This document shows positions 40,868 to 50,889 of a stretch of 64,000 bases of DNA, piece after piece (the stretch's first letter is position 1; the number at the start of each line of letters is the position of its first letter). The notes under the pieces were generated by a model. That model was not told the origin of the DNA, made no database searches, and saw nothing but the letters and a program-made list of their open reading frames with translations. The stretch is from a virus, in IMG/VR virus record IMGVR_UViG_3300026544_000002, positions 38,492 to 102,491 of that record; one strand, 5' to 3'. The position numbers and the translations under genes were made by a program.

Positions 40868-41572
40868 TTATTTTTTTATTTTCTGAATAACATTTTTAAA
40901 TGAATTTATGAATACATGCAAAATATAAATTTTTTCATTCGCAGATTCATCATATTTTTGAATCTTGATATTTTTTAATTTATTTCGATATGAAACAACA
41001 GTGCTATCCGAATCACCATCTATCCATTTAACCATCAATGAAAAAGATAATTCATAAATAGCAAAAATAAAAAACAAAACTATTATATATGCCAAAACAA
41101 TATTTACATTCAATATAATATTTAAAATTCCAATAATAACCATCATCATAAATAACATAATAGCAACAGCAAAAACCAATGACATTATTATCTGTATTCC
41201 AGATAATGTGCTATCTTTAATTTGTTGACTGACAGATGCTATTACTTTTTTTTCAATTTTCTTTGCTGTTATTTTTGATGGTATTTTATTTTTTAACCCT
41301 TTATCTATTATTGAATATATATCTTTTGTGGATTTCTTAGCAGAATTCTTTATAGCTTCTGGATCAACATCAAATTCTTTTAATTTATTAGATAATTTTT
41401 TATTTATTTTTTCAAAAACAATACTTGCATTTGTTAAATTTAATTTTGAAAGTTTTTCTTTGAAGTCGTCTTTTATGGAAGATAAATCAAATTCGTACAA
41501 TAGTTTATCCATCAATTCATTATTTGACAATGAATTATAATAACGATCTTCTAAAAGATTATAATTATTCAT
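40868..41572 (-). CDS. hypothetical membrane protein
   Basis: Long hydrophobic hairpin in the C-terminal half. Confidence 0.65.
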   Translation of the reverse strand: MNNYNLLEDRYYNSLSNNELMDKLLYEFDLSSIKDDFKEKLSKLNLTNASIVFEKINKKLSNKLKEFDVDPEAIKNSAKKSTKDIYSIIDKGLKNKIPSKITAKKIEKKVIASVSQQIKDSTLSGIQIIMSLVFAVAIMLFMMMVIIGILNIILNVNIVLAYIIVLFFIFAIYELSFSLMVKWIDGDSDSTVVSYRNKLKNIKIQKYDESANEKIYILHVFINSFKNVIQKIKK

Positions 41573-42613
41573 TTAATCACTCTTCTTAAAAACTTCCATT
41601 GCTTTGTTATAATTTTCCTGTAAACCCATTCCTTGTTGTGCTTTTGGAGGAAACAACATACCTTTGATAGTATCAAATATTTCTATATCGGATTTTGCTC
41701 CTTTATCTTTTGCATGTTCTATCATTTTAGATTGAGTCTTTTCTGTTTTCATTCCAACAGATTCCATCATCAATCTAATATTTTGGATATTAACATTTGA
41801 TTCATTGATAGATTCAACATCGAATGTTTCAGAAATAATTTCTTTTGACTGTGGTGATTCAATAATAGCTTCTGATACAGTCTTAGTATTTTTCTTGATT
41901 GTTTTTAGTTTCTTAATATATCCCTCTTGAACAATATTACGAATTTTCATACGAAATTCTTTTTGTTCAGGAGTATCGTTTTTAGATGTTTCTGAAAAAG
42001 ATACATTGTTTTCAACAGCATATTTCTCTTGTTCAGATGCTTCTTTTAAAAATTTCTTTTTATCAAAAGTCATTTTCTTTTTATTATTTTTTCTTTTTAC
42101 CGTTGTTTCTTTTTTATCAAATGTTTCTTTTTCAAGTGATTCTGATATAATTTCATTTGTACTTTTTTCATTATAAACAGATTCACTACCATTGCGTAAT
42201 TTTCTTAAAAATTCAATATCTTCCTTCAAAACATTGTCATAAATAGAATTATTTTCATCAGAAGATTGTTTGATTTTTTTAGATTCTGGCAAATCATCAA
42301 TATATGGATCATCACTTTCTATAAACAATCCTCTTTTTATTGTCATATCACCTTTCCATGCAGGAAGATGGAACATATCACCATTTATTTCTAATCTAGC
42401 AGTAATTTTATCTGTTTCTTCAATATGTTTTCTTATAATAGATTGTAAAGGAGGGACTTCTACTTCAATTCTATCTTTATAAATTTTAGTAGGAAAAGCA
42501 TAAATAACATCTTCGTACATAAATTCTAATTTACCGGATAATGCAGTATAGTCTATTCCTTCAATTGTAACATTAAATTGAAAAAATTTTGGTTTTGTAA
42601 CATCAATATCCAT
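41573..42613 (-). CDS. hypothetical protein (N-terminal beta domain, charged C-terminus)
   Basis: 346-aa ORF in a late operon. Confidence 0.65.
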   Translation of the reverse strand: MDIDVTKPKFFQFNVTIEGIDYTALSGKLEFMYEDVIYAFPTKIYKDRIEVEVPPLQSIIRKHIEETDKITARLEINGDMFHLPAWKGDMTIKRGLFIESDDPYIDDLPESKKIKQSSDENNSIYDNVLKEDIEFLRKLRNGSESVYNEKSTNEIISESLEKETFDKKETTVKRKNNKKKMTFDKKKFLKEASEQEKYAVENNVSFSETSKNDTPEQKEFRMKIRNIVQEGYIKKLKTIKKNTKTVSEAIIESPQSKEIISETFDVESINESNVNIQNIRLMMESVGMKTEKTQSKMIEHAKDKGAKSDIEIFDTIKGMLFPPKAQQGMGLQENYNKAMEVFKKSD

Positions 42614-42624
42614 TTTATATCCCT

Positions 42625-42843
42625 TTATTGTGAAGAAAGAACATCATCTATTTTGATAGAAATATTAGACATCTCGGTTAAATCTATCCCTTTTTTAATT
42701 ACTTTTGTTCTTATTTTGGTAACATTTATGATAGGTGCTTCAATAACTGATTCTTGAAAAGGTCTACCATATGTACCATTCATAGTATTATTCGCAATTC
42801 CTTGACATATCATGCCTTTAGTTATTAAAGCAATACCAGACAT
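42625..42843 (-). CDS. hypothetical protein
   Basis: 72-aa ORF tightly packed between neighbours. Confidence 0.55.
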   Translation of the reverse strand: MSGIALITKGMICQGIANNTMNGTYGRPFQESVIEAPIINVTKIRTKVIKKGIDLTEMSNISIKIDDVLSSQ

Positions 42844-42845
42844 GA

Positions 42846-43352
42846 TTATATTTTCTCTACGTTATATGATGTCATTTGATTCGTACCGGCCGCATAAGTA
42901 GCTATCATATCATATGAAGCTATCACACCATTTCCTGTACCAACATTAATCGCAGAATCATATATACGAATTCTTGAAGATGTTAAATTACCATTTGCAT
43001 CATATACAGCTTGATCAACAGAATAATTTTCTTGCATCAATCCAGCTATTCTAGTTAAAATATTCAAATCACTGGTATATATTATAGCTGTATTCGATTT
43101 TCCAGCAGGAAAATGTACTGGATGAACAATTGTTATAAACCATGTTCCAGTTGAATCAGGAAAAAATTCACATCGATATGCACCATTTCCCATTTCATAG
43201 AAATTGGTGATACCTGCATATAAATTACGATCATTATCATAAATAAATGAAGTAAATTCAGTAACATCTACATTAGTTACAAATCCTGCCCCCGTACTAT
43301 CTATAACAATAAAATCTTCATATACAGGTTGATTAATTCTTCCTAGAATCAT
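42846..43352 (-). CDS. putative virion structural protein
   Basis: Ig-like N-part (EMGNGAY..F.P..GTW) and YDANGNLTS motif. Confidence 0.55.
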   Translation of the reverse strand: MILGRINQPVYEDFIVIDSTGAGFVTNVDVTEFTSFIYDNDRNLYAGITNFYEMGNGAYRCEFFPDSTGTWFITIVHPVHFPAGKSNTAIIYTSDLNILTRIAGLMQENYSVDQAVYDANGNLTSSRIRIYDSAINVGTGNGVIASYDMIATYAAGTNQMTSYNVEKI

Positions 43353-43396
43353 AATTTACCCTTATATAAATTTAACTTCTGTATATTTAATATTCC

Positions 43397-43412
43397 TCAG
43401 ATATATGTTCTC
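43397..43412 (-). promoter_or_regulatory. late-promoter motif variant GAACATATATCTGA
   Basis: Upstream of 43352 (-). Confidence 0.45.
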
Positions 43413-43426
43413 TGTATATATGATAT

Positions 43427-45358
43427 TTATGAAGGAACATATCCTAATAATTTTTTTATAATAGGTCTCATGTTTTTATCTATTTCTTCTTCTCCAACTA
43501 TTCCATTGAACATATTTTTAGACCAAGAAACAATTTCTTCCATTCTTGTAGATAAATTTAATTTAGAACCTGTGTCCAAAACAAAAGTATAAATATATAC
43601 ATCTGTATCTTGTCCTATTCTATGACACCTATCTTCTGCTTGTATCTTATCTACATATCTCCACGGATTGTTCAAAAAAACAATTGTATTTGCATTTGTT
43701 AAAGTGACGCCTGTTGATAATGTTTGAATAGTAGCAATGAGGGGGTTACTGTTTTTATTATTTTTATAATCATTGATTAATTTAGGAATTTTAGATGATG
43801 TTTCACCAAATATTTTTATTGGTTTAGTTTTACAATTTTTTTCTAAATAATTACTACATTGTTTCACAACATCTACATATGTCGTGAAACAAATTGTTTT
43901 TTTCTCAGCATTATTTATTATTTTACATAATGGACTATGAATAATCATTTCATTGAACATTTCTGATCGTAATTTTGTCAACAGATTCCCTATAACTTCT
44001 CCCATTATTTTCAAATTAACATATTTAATAACAGATCTAGTTTTATCAAATTTCTTTTTAAGTTCATTCGGGAGTAATGGTCTCAAAACATTTTTTTCAT
44101 ATATATTTAATTCTTTTACTCTTTGAACTTTTTCTTGATTGTTAAATTGATATCCATATTTTTTTAGTTCTATTATTAATTTTAAATAATTTGCAAAATT
44201 TTCTGTTTTGCCTTCTTTCGTAGTTTTTAAATAATCAATTACTTCATTATAATCATTCAGGTACAAATTATAATTCTGACGATAATATTCTTGTCTATCT
44301 GTTATATATAAAGCTATTTGTTTTTTAACTTCTTCTAATGTATATTTTTTTCCATTTGGAATTGATATTTTTTCATCAAAATATTTTTTCATTGGTAATT
44401 CAAAAACTTCACTTTTTAATTTTCGATGCATTATCATTCCTAATCTATTTTTCATTATATCCAAAGCAATTTCTGTTTTTAAACCAAAAACTTTTTTAAA
44501 TATAATTTCAGCTTCATTGTCAAAAAAATTATCCAATAATCTCAAAGCAGGTATCATTTCACTTCCGATTGCTTTTATAGGAGTGCCACTCATTAATAAG
44601 ATATCACTACAATGTATTTTGTTAACAAATTTTTCTAATTCAACAACTCTTTTAGTCAATGAATTCCTAAAATTATGACACTCATCGATAATAATACCAT
44701 TCTTTTTATGAATAAAGTTAGATATAGAATTTAATTTATTAATTGACTCATAATTAACCAAATAAAAATCTGATTTTCGTGGTTTATCACCAATTATCCA
44801 TATAGAATATTTATTTTTAAAAACAGTTTTTATTTCATTTTCCCAAACAGACCGTAGAATACTTTTAGGGGCAATTATAACAACAGATTGTTTATTCAAA
44901 CAATGCATTAAAGCTAAAGAAGTAATTGTTTTTCCTATTCCTTGTTCAAAAGCTAAAATATATCCATTTAATTTATACTGTTGTTTTTTAATATCATATA
45001 TTTGTAAGAAATTTTTTTGGTAATTTTTTAACGTATATACAATATCTTTTAACTTAGACATATTCAATCGATTGGGATATTTTTTATCAACATTTTTAAC
45101 CCAAGAATTATTTAATATAAGAGAAATAAATTTTTTATATATTGGTCTATTTAATTCATTCAATATATAAACCATTTCTGGTATAAAAAAATAATGAATT
45201 GTAATAATCCCTTTTCTAAAAAAAAGTAATTCTTGATCAAATATATGAGATATTTTCGATGACTTGTATTTTTTTTTAATATCTCTTTTAAATAAAATTA
45301 TAGGAAAATTTGATAATTTTATTCTATGATTGTTAATATCCGAAACATTTTCAAACAT
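43427..45358 (-). CDS. SNF2-family helicase/ATPase
   Basis: FEQGIGKT, IIIDECH, LMSGTP, TGVTLT.A, QAEDRCHRIGQ. Confidence 0.9.
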   Translation of the reverse strand: MFENVSDINNHRIKLSNFPIILFKRDIKKKYKSSKISHIFDQELLFFRKGIITIHYFFIPEMVYILNELNRPIYKKFISLILNNSWVKNVDKKYPNRLNMSKLKDIVYTLKNYQKNFLQIYDIKKQQYKLNGYILAFEQGIGKTITSLALMHCLNKQSVVIIAPKSILRSVWENEIKTVFKNKYSIWIIGDKPRKSDFYLVNYESINKLNSISNFIHKKNGIIIDECHNFRNSLTKRVVELEKFVNKIHCSDILLMSGTPIKAIGSEMIPALRLLDNFFDNEAEIIFKKVFGLKTEIALDIMKNRLGMIMHRKLKSEVFELPMKKYFDEKISIPNGKKYTLEEVKKQIALYITDRQEYYRQNYNLYLNDYNEVIDYLKTTKEGKTENFANYLKLIIELKKYGYQFNNQEKVQRVKELNIYEKNVLRPLLPNELKKKFDKTRSVIKYVNLKIMGEVIGNLLTKLRSEMFNEMIIHSPLCKIINNAEKKTICFTTYVDVVKQCSNYLEKNCKTKPIKIFGETSSKIPKLINDYKNNKNSNPLIATIQTLSTGVTLTNANTIVFLNNPWRYVDKIQAEDRCHRIGQDTDVYIYTFVLDTGSKLNLSTRMEEIVSWSKNMFNGIVGEEEIDKNMRPIIKKLLGYVPS

Positions 45359-45360
45359 AT

Positions 45361-45585
45361 CTAATCTTTTTTATCTATTTCAAAATATGAACTTGGGGGT
45401 GGTACTCTCTTTTTTAATTGTTCAATATCATCTAAAGTTGGTTCTGTTACTTCCCAATCTTTAACTAATTGTAATGCAAGAGGAACACCGTGTTTCAAAA
45501 CTAATTCTGATATAGATAAAATCAATGCTAATTCCATTTTCTGCCCCTTTGGTTTTTCTACTGGTGTGGTAATATTATCATTCAT
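45361..45585 (-). CDS. hypothetical protein
   Basis: 74-aa ORF coupled to the lipoprotein gene. Confidence 0.55.
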   Translation of the reverse strand: MNDNITTPVEKPKGQKMELALILSISELVLKHGVPLALQLVKDWEVTEPTLDDIEQLKKRVPPPSSYFEIDKKD

Positions 45586-45586
45586 T

Positions 45587-45973
45587 TTATTTGATCTCCG
45601 TTTGGCTAATTACTAATAATTCAATCAAAGCATTGTTCATATGATCTAAATTTTCAACCAATTTTTGTTTATTAGCAGGAGTGCTTTGTCTAATATATAT
45701 TTCATAAATAATAACACTTGAATGATAAGCTTTCCAATAAATATTAGCTTTTTCGATTATTTTATCTTTTGTTTCATCACTTATCATTCCTTTTTTATAT
45801 GCTTCTCCTACTGTTTCCATAGTTCCTTCATATGTAGAAGCAGCCATATTTAATGCTTTGAATGATGAATCTTTGAATGATGATGTAGTAGTTACGCAAG
45901 ATACTAGAGAAAGAATTATCAAAAAAATACATAAATTGTAACTAATAATTAATCTTTTAAATCGTCTGCTCAT
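45587..45973 (-). CDS. putative lipoprotein
   Basis: Basic N-terminus, hydrophobic stretch and LVSC lipobox. Confidence 0.7.
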   Translation of the reverse strand: MSRRFKRLIISYNLCIFLIILSLVSCVTTTSSFKDSSFKALNMAASTYEGTMETVGEAYKKGMISDETKDKIIEKANIYWKAYHSSVIIYEIYIRQSTPANKQKLVENLDHMNNALIELLVISQTEIK

Positions 45974-46003
45974 AATAACACCTCATAATTTAAATTTATT
46001 CCT

Positions 46004-46018
46004 TCAATATTATGTTCC
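46004..46018 (-). promoter_or_regulatory. late-promoter motif GGAACATAATATTGA
   Basis: Exact copy upstream of 45973 (-). Confidence 0.6.
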
Positions 46019-46038
46019 TTATTTTATACACGAAAATT

Positions 46039-46083
46039 CTCCCATCCGATAGAATGTTCTAGAATAATTCTATCGGATGGGAG
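46039..46083. terminator. 17-bp-stem hairpin
   Basis: CTCCCATCCGATAGAAT / ATTCTATCGGATGGGAG. Confidence 0.6.
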
Positions 46084-46183
46084 CTATATAATTTTGAGAG
46101 TTACGATTATATATATATTATTATTTTGCCATATTCAAATGGCCACTTTTTTAAAATTAATCGAATTTATCTCTCAAATTTAT

Positions 46184-46855
46184 CTAAAATCCATGCACCA
46201 CTGATGTAATAATCCCTTTTATTCCTCCAAATAAACCAATGATTGTCACGACAATAGTAACTACTGCAAACAATTTAAACAAACGATTGTTGAATATAGA
46301 TAATTTATCTATAATTGTTTTCATAGATTCTGCTAATTCTTCTAATTTTTTTGAAGTATTCTTAAATTCTGTCAAAATATCTTCATTTTTATCTTTAATC
46401 AATTCCATAGTATTACTACTTATATCAGTTACTTTGTTTATAATAATACCATGTTCGTCAGAATTTCCACCAATTTCATTCAAAATCAATTTTATTTTAT
46501 CATTTAAAGAATTTTCTGATTTTTGATCAATCTCCTCTAATTTTTTTATTATAAATTTGTGTTGATCACTATTTAACTGGATTTCATTTATTATTAAACC
46601 AGATTGATCTTTTATCAAAATAGTCAATCTTTTTTCAATATTCTCAATATTTTTTCTTGTTTCTTGTATCGTACTATCAAAAATACGTTGATTATCAGTT
46701 ATGACAATTACAACATTACTTATTTCTTTGATTAATTCAGATACTCTTTTTAAACCGTCTTTTACTTGTTCTATCATTGCTTTTAAAAGATTTGATGATA
46801 AAATCATATTAGTATCATCATTTTGATCATTATGGGAAGATAATTTATTTGACAT
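46184..46855 (-). CDS. coiled-coil protein with C-terminal transmembrane helix (holin/XhlA-like architecture)
   Basis: Heptad-rich body; LFAVVTIVVTIIGLFGGI at the C-terminus. Confidence 0.55.
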   Translation of the reverse strand: MSNKLSSHNDQNDDTNMILSSNLLKAMIEQVKDGLKRVSELIKEISNVVIVITDNQRIFDSTIQETRKNIENIEKRLTILIKDQSGLIINEIQLNSDQHKFIIKKLEEIDQKSENSLNDKIKLILNEIGGNSDEHGIIINKVTDISSNTMELIKDKNEDILTEFKNTSKKLEELAESMKTIIDKLSIFNNRLFKLFAVVTIVVTIIGLFGGIKGIITSVVHGF

Positions 46856-48091
46856 TTAATTGCCTTTTGATAAATTATGATCATCAAAAATAGCTTTCAT
46901 TTTAGAACTTAGATTTTTAAATATTTTATTTTCTTCAATTGCTTCTTCTTCCCATTTTAATATATTTTCCAATGTCGTTCTATTCAAATTTGATATATTT
47001 TGATATTCTCTACGTCTTTTGACGGCTTCTGAAATATAAAAAGATAAAACTTTTAACATATCAATCAATTGCTCAGGAAATTCTTTAGCTAATTTAACTT
47101 GTGAAAATCCTAAAATAGCTAAAGTGAAAACATTGTCATTATAATGATCTGAAACAGGGATCAATAGAACTGATTTTAGATTTTTAGAAGAGATGAGATA
47201 TTCAACAGATTTTTCAATTTCTGGTTGTATATCTTTTTTTGTTTCAACAGATTTGAAGATTTTTTCTAATTTATTTAACATATTAGGAATATGTATCGGA
47301 GTGGTTGGATCAGTATTAAACTTGTGAATAATATGTTCCCATGGAAATAATTCAAAAGGAATAGATTTTTCTTTATCTAATAAAGAAGGTATTCCTTCTG
47401 CACACCATTCATTTGTTTTTTTTAATTTTTCATTTTTAAAATCAACTATGAACAAATATCCTCTATCAATATTCCACATTTCACACGTTTGTCTAATACA
47501 ATCATCAATATACGAATCCATTTCATGATTTTTAGCAGTTATTAATTTTTCTGATAAATTATTTAATAATTTTCTATATTCATTTGTAACTTTTAGAACA
47601 TGTTTGACACGATATGAATTTTCTTGAATTGATATTATGTTAGTAGCTAATTTATAATACGATAAATCAACTATTCTAAACAGATGGGAACCAATAGATT
47701 CAGGCAAATATGATGCAAAGATACAACCTATAAATTCATTCCGTAGAATCACAGGAGAAATTATTACAAAATTTTCTATTTTATAATACGGATTAATTTC
47801 AAATGTATGATTTAAAATCAAAGGATCAGATAAACTAAACGATAATGATAAAATACATTTATAAATATCTTTGTTTAATAATTTTTGACAGAATGTTTCA
47901 GATGGGGAAATGATAGGAAAGGTGGTTGAATCAGATTGTTTTTGAATAAAAGCTATTTCATCACATTTAAATACTTTGGCCATATTAGCCAATAGATCAG
48001 TAATATTTTTTTTTTCGTTATCGTCAAAACTCGAAATTATTTCAGTTAATTTTAAAACTTTTTCCAAATTAACACAATCATGTTGAATCAT
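46856..48091 (-). CDS. GAF-domain protein without output domain
   Basis: IDRGYLF..TNEWCAEGIPS..FPW..LKSVLLIPV..ILGF..F....DML matches the sensor-kinase GAF pattern; second GAF-like segment N-terminally. Confidence 0.75.
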   Translation of the reverse strand: MIQHDCVNLEKVLKLTEIISSFDDNEKKNITDLLANMAKVFKCDEIAFIQKQSDSTTFPIISPSETFCQKLLNKDIYKCILSLSFSLSDPLILNHTFEINPYYKIENFVIISPVILRNEFIGCIFASYLPESIGSHLFRIVDLSYYKLATNIISIQENSYRVKHVLKVTNEYRKLLNNLSEKLITAKNHEMDSYIDDCIRQTCEMWNIDRGYLFIVDFKNEKLKKTNEWCAEGIPSLLDKEKSIPFELFPWEHIIHKFNTDPTTPIHIPNMLNKLEKIFKSVETKKDIQPEIEKSVEYLISSKNLKSVLLIPVSDHYNDNVFTLAILGFSQVKLAKEFPEQLIDMLKVLSFYISEAVKRRREYQNISNLNRTTLENILKWEEEAIEENKIFKNLSSKMKAIFDDHNLSKGN

Positions 48092-48153
48092 TGGTCACAC
48101 CAATTAAAATACATTGAATATTTTATTTTTGAATAAAATCATGACTAATATAA

Positions 48154-48435
48154 TTAATCAAATGTTCCATTTTTTGAAAATAAATCAGATAATTTAGAAC
48201 CAGGATCAGAAAAAATATTAATCCCTTTGTTGTGTTTTTGTAAATTATCTATAAGAAGACTTAAACTTTCTTTCGCTTTATAAATATTCTCTAAAATATA
48301 TAATTCATTTTGATCAGGATCTGATTTATTCTCTATTAAATCAGATAGATTGCATAAACCTTCTAATAATTGCTTACCATCTTTACTAGTTAAATTCAGC
48401 AAAGTAGCTTGCACCCGATTCGCAATTGCAGCCAT
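48154..48435 (-). CDS. hypothetical protein
   Basis: 93-aa ORF, AGGA upstream. Confidence 0.55.
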   Translation of the reverse strand: MAAIANRVQATLLNLTSKDGKQLLEGLCNLSDLIENKSDPDQNELYILENIYKAKESLSLLIDNLQKHNKGINIFSDPGSKLSDLFSKNGTFD

Positions 48436-48478
48436 AAATCAAATCCTGTTTAAAAATAAATTAAAGATATAAAGATTA

Positions 48479-48766
48479 TTACTTTTGAACTACGATGAAT
48501 TTCATAGTTGAAAAATCTAAACGATATTGATTTGGAATATTCATCTTTTCCATATATTGTAAAATTTCATTATTAATAGTCATAGATAAATTGTTTATTT
48601 CTTTTTCAATTGACGACTTATTAATATTCAGCATATCAATTTTTAATTTCATATTTTCGAATTTCAAACTTTGTAATTCATCAATACTAATTGGTTTTGG
48701 TTGAATATTTGAATTCTGATCTTCACTTGGAGAAACTGATTGTATTTTATCTTTCTTTTTTGCCAT
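48479..48766 (-). CDS. hypothetical coiled-coil protein
   Basis: ORF track 48479..48817; ATG 48766 follows GAGG. Confidence 0.55.
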   Translation of the reverse strand: MAKKKDKIQSVSPSEDQNSNIQPKPISIDELQSLKFENMKLKIDMLNINKSSIEKEINNLSMTINNEILQYMEKMNIPNQYRLDFSTMKFIVVQK

Positions 48767-48813
48767 CGTCTTTTCCTCGTAATATAATTGATTGATATAA
48801 TTATCGTATTTCC

Positions 48814-48829
48814 TCATTTATATGTTCTT
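48814..48829 (-). promoter_or_regulatory. late-promoter motif variant GAACATATAAATGA
   Basis: Heads the 48.8-46.2 kb operon. Confidence 0.5.
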
Positions 48830-48873
48830 AGTATTTTATAAAAAATGACTTCTTTTTTAAAAAAATAAAACAA

Positions 48874-49785
48874 TTAATAATTCAACGTATTATATGCATA
48901 ATCTCTAACAGTTGTTCCATTCGCATCAATAACATATCCTAACCATGCACGATCTTCTGGAAGATCATTTATATCAATTGCGGCTAATGAATTTTTCCAA
49001 TCTGGTAATCCAAGATCAATAAACATTAATCTTTGTGCTTCTGTATCATTCCAATAAGGAAGCACCATCATAATATTTTCATTTTGTGTATTATCAGGAT
49101 GATATTGTGCCAAAACACCCAAAATAAAAATGTTCAAAGAATCTACAATGTATTGTCTAGCAGTCACACGCTCTTGAACAACTAACGAAGCATCTGATAC
49201 ATCATTTATATCATATATTTTATCTTTGATTGTTATTAAATTTCCTTCTGTATCATCATTTTTTATATATACTAATTTTTCTGTTCTGCGTGTTAATAAA
49301 TTATTTTCATTTGATTCAAAAATAAAATATATTTTCGCCATCAATTCCCCATCATAATAATATTCATTATATGTAGGTCGACCATCTGCTGCTCGATATG
49401 TTTTTTTTGTCAAAGCTACATTAGCTTTCAAATGTCTTTTAAAATCTACCAAATGAATTCTGTCATCAATAAAATTAACATCTACATAAGGAGCAATCTT
49501 ATAATTAGAAATATGTTCATCAGAAATATGTTCATATAAATCAGATATTTGATATGGTATTTCAGATAAATCATCAAATGTAAAATAATCTATTTCATCA
49601 TTTTGTATTTTTATTTTAAAATCATTATATTTCAAAGTTAAATCATTATACCAATTTCTAATTGATAATGCTTTTTCATTTCTATTATGTATTTCTTGGT
49701 TTAAAATAATTTGATCATCAGCAGATAATACATTAATTTCATTATATGAAATATCTAATTGTTCTAATAATTCTTGTTTTGTCAT
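48874..49785 (-). CDS. tail-fibre-associated hypothetical protein
   Basis: 303-aa ORF downstream of the fibre and MAM genes. Confidence 0.55.
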   Translation of the reverse strand: MTKQELLEQLDISYNEINVLSADDQIILNQEIHNRNEKALSIRNWYNDLTLKYNDFKIKIQNDEIDYFTFDDLSEIPYQISDLYEHISDEHISNYKIAPYVDVNFIDDRIHLVDFKRHLKANVALTKKTYRAADGRPTYNEYYYDGELMAKIYFIFESNENNLLTRRTEKLVYIKNDDTEGNLITIKDKIYDINDVSDASLVVQERVTARQYIVDSLNIFILGVLAQYHPDNTQNENIMMVLPYWNDTEAQRLMFIDLGLPDWKNSLAAIDINDLPEDRAWLGYVIDANGTTVRDYAYNTLNY

Positions 49786-49800
49786 CTTATTATATCCCTA

Positions 49801-50886
49801 TCAAACAGAAGTGAGTATTATATTATCAATTGCCGTATCAGCATCATAATTAGTTGATTCGGAAAACACAAATCTAATAGCTTTACATAACCATGTAGAT
49901 GTATCTAAATTAACATAAATAAAAGGACTATTCTGCGAAGTTGGATTTTGACCTTTTTGTATCCATCTCTGTGTCCACAATCCATCCATATCTTGAGATT
50001 CAACAATTAATACACCATGCCCTTTACCATACATATGATAACGAAATTCCATTTGTGTTAATTGTTTAAAATTATTAGTATATGCCTTTGCTATTTGTTT
50101 GCTTCCACTATTATCACCGCTTCTCTCAGTAAACATATAATATTCATCATACGGAGAAGAAGGACCTGTTCCATTTGAAGGGGTTCCTCTTTTAGAAGTC
50201 TTAAAAAAACCATCAATAGAATCAATTTTTCCTTCTATTGATAATTTCCATTTATCCCCCCATGCTTTTTCACCTGTACCACCATTATTAAAATTAGTTA
50301 TAAATGTACCAGCTTCACCGATTCCAATAACATAAGGAGCAATTTCTATAGTAGGTGTATTGCCATAATGATAAAGATTTCCTTTTTTCATTATGATATC
50401 ATAAATAGCTTTTAAATCACTTCCAATCGAAATATTTGCAATTATTCTATTTGGTTCTATCAATGTATAATGATTAAATGTTATTCCATCACCAAATTCA
50501 AGAACAACACTAGGATCATATATACCACCAATAATTGTTATATCAACAGTAGTATTCTGATAAACAATAAAACGAGTATCTGTTTCAATATATGGACGAG
50601 TTGCTATAATCTCTTCTGTGTATATATTCGGAATTGTTTGAATATCATTTTCATATTGGAATTTTAATGTATCTTTCATTAAATGTAATCTATATTCATC
50701 AAAAGCATTTCCATGACATCCAAAATCTTTTACCCCAACAAATCTAACTGGTGTAAGTGTTGAAATTATAAAACCTACAACATCAGAACCATCAACAATT
50801 TTTATATCAATATCATCTTTATATTGCATATTATCATCATTCAATAATTCCCCTACTTCTGTTGCATTCGGTGTGAGAAATTGCAT
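49801..50886 (-). CDS. MAM-domain protein
   Basis: GTPSNGTGPS..YYMFTE.S, FRYHMYG..G.L.V, D.AIDNI is the MAM signature; Ig-like segment upstream. Confidence 0.75.
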   Translation of the reverse strand: MQFLTPNATEVGELLNDDNMQYKDDIDIKIVDGSDVVGFIISTLTPVRFVGVKDFGCHGNAFDEYRLHLMKDTLKFQYENDIQTIPNIYTEEIIATRPYIETDTRFIVYQNTTVDITIIGGIYDPSVVLEFGDGITFNHYTLIEPNRIIANISIGSDLKAIYDIIMKKGNLYHYGNTPTIEIAPYVIGIGEAGTFITNFNNGGTGEKAWGDKWKLSIEGKIDSIDGFFKTSKRGTPSNGTGPSSPYDEYYMFTERSGDNSGSKQIAKAYTNNFKQLTQMEFRYHMYGKGHGVLIVESQDMDGLWTQRWIQKGQNPTSQNSPFIYVNLDTSTWLCKAIRFVFSESTNYDADTAIDNIILTSV

Positions 50887-50889
50887 ATT

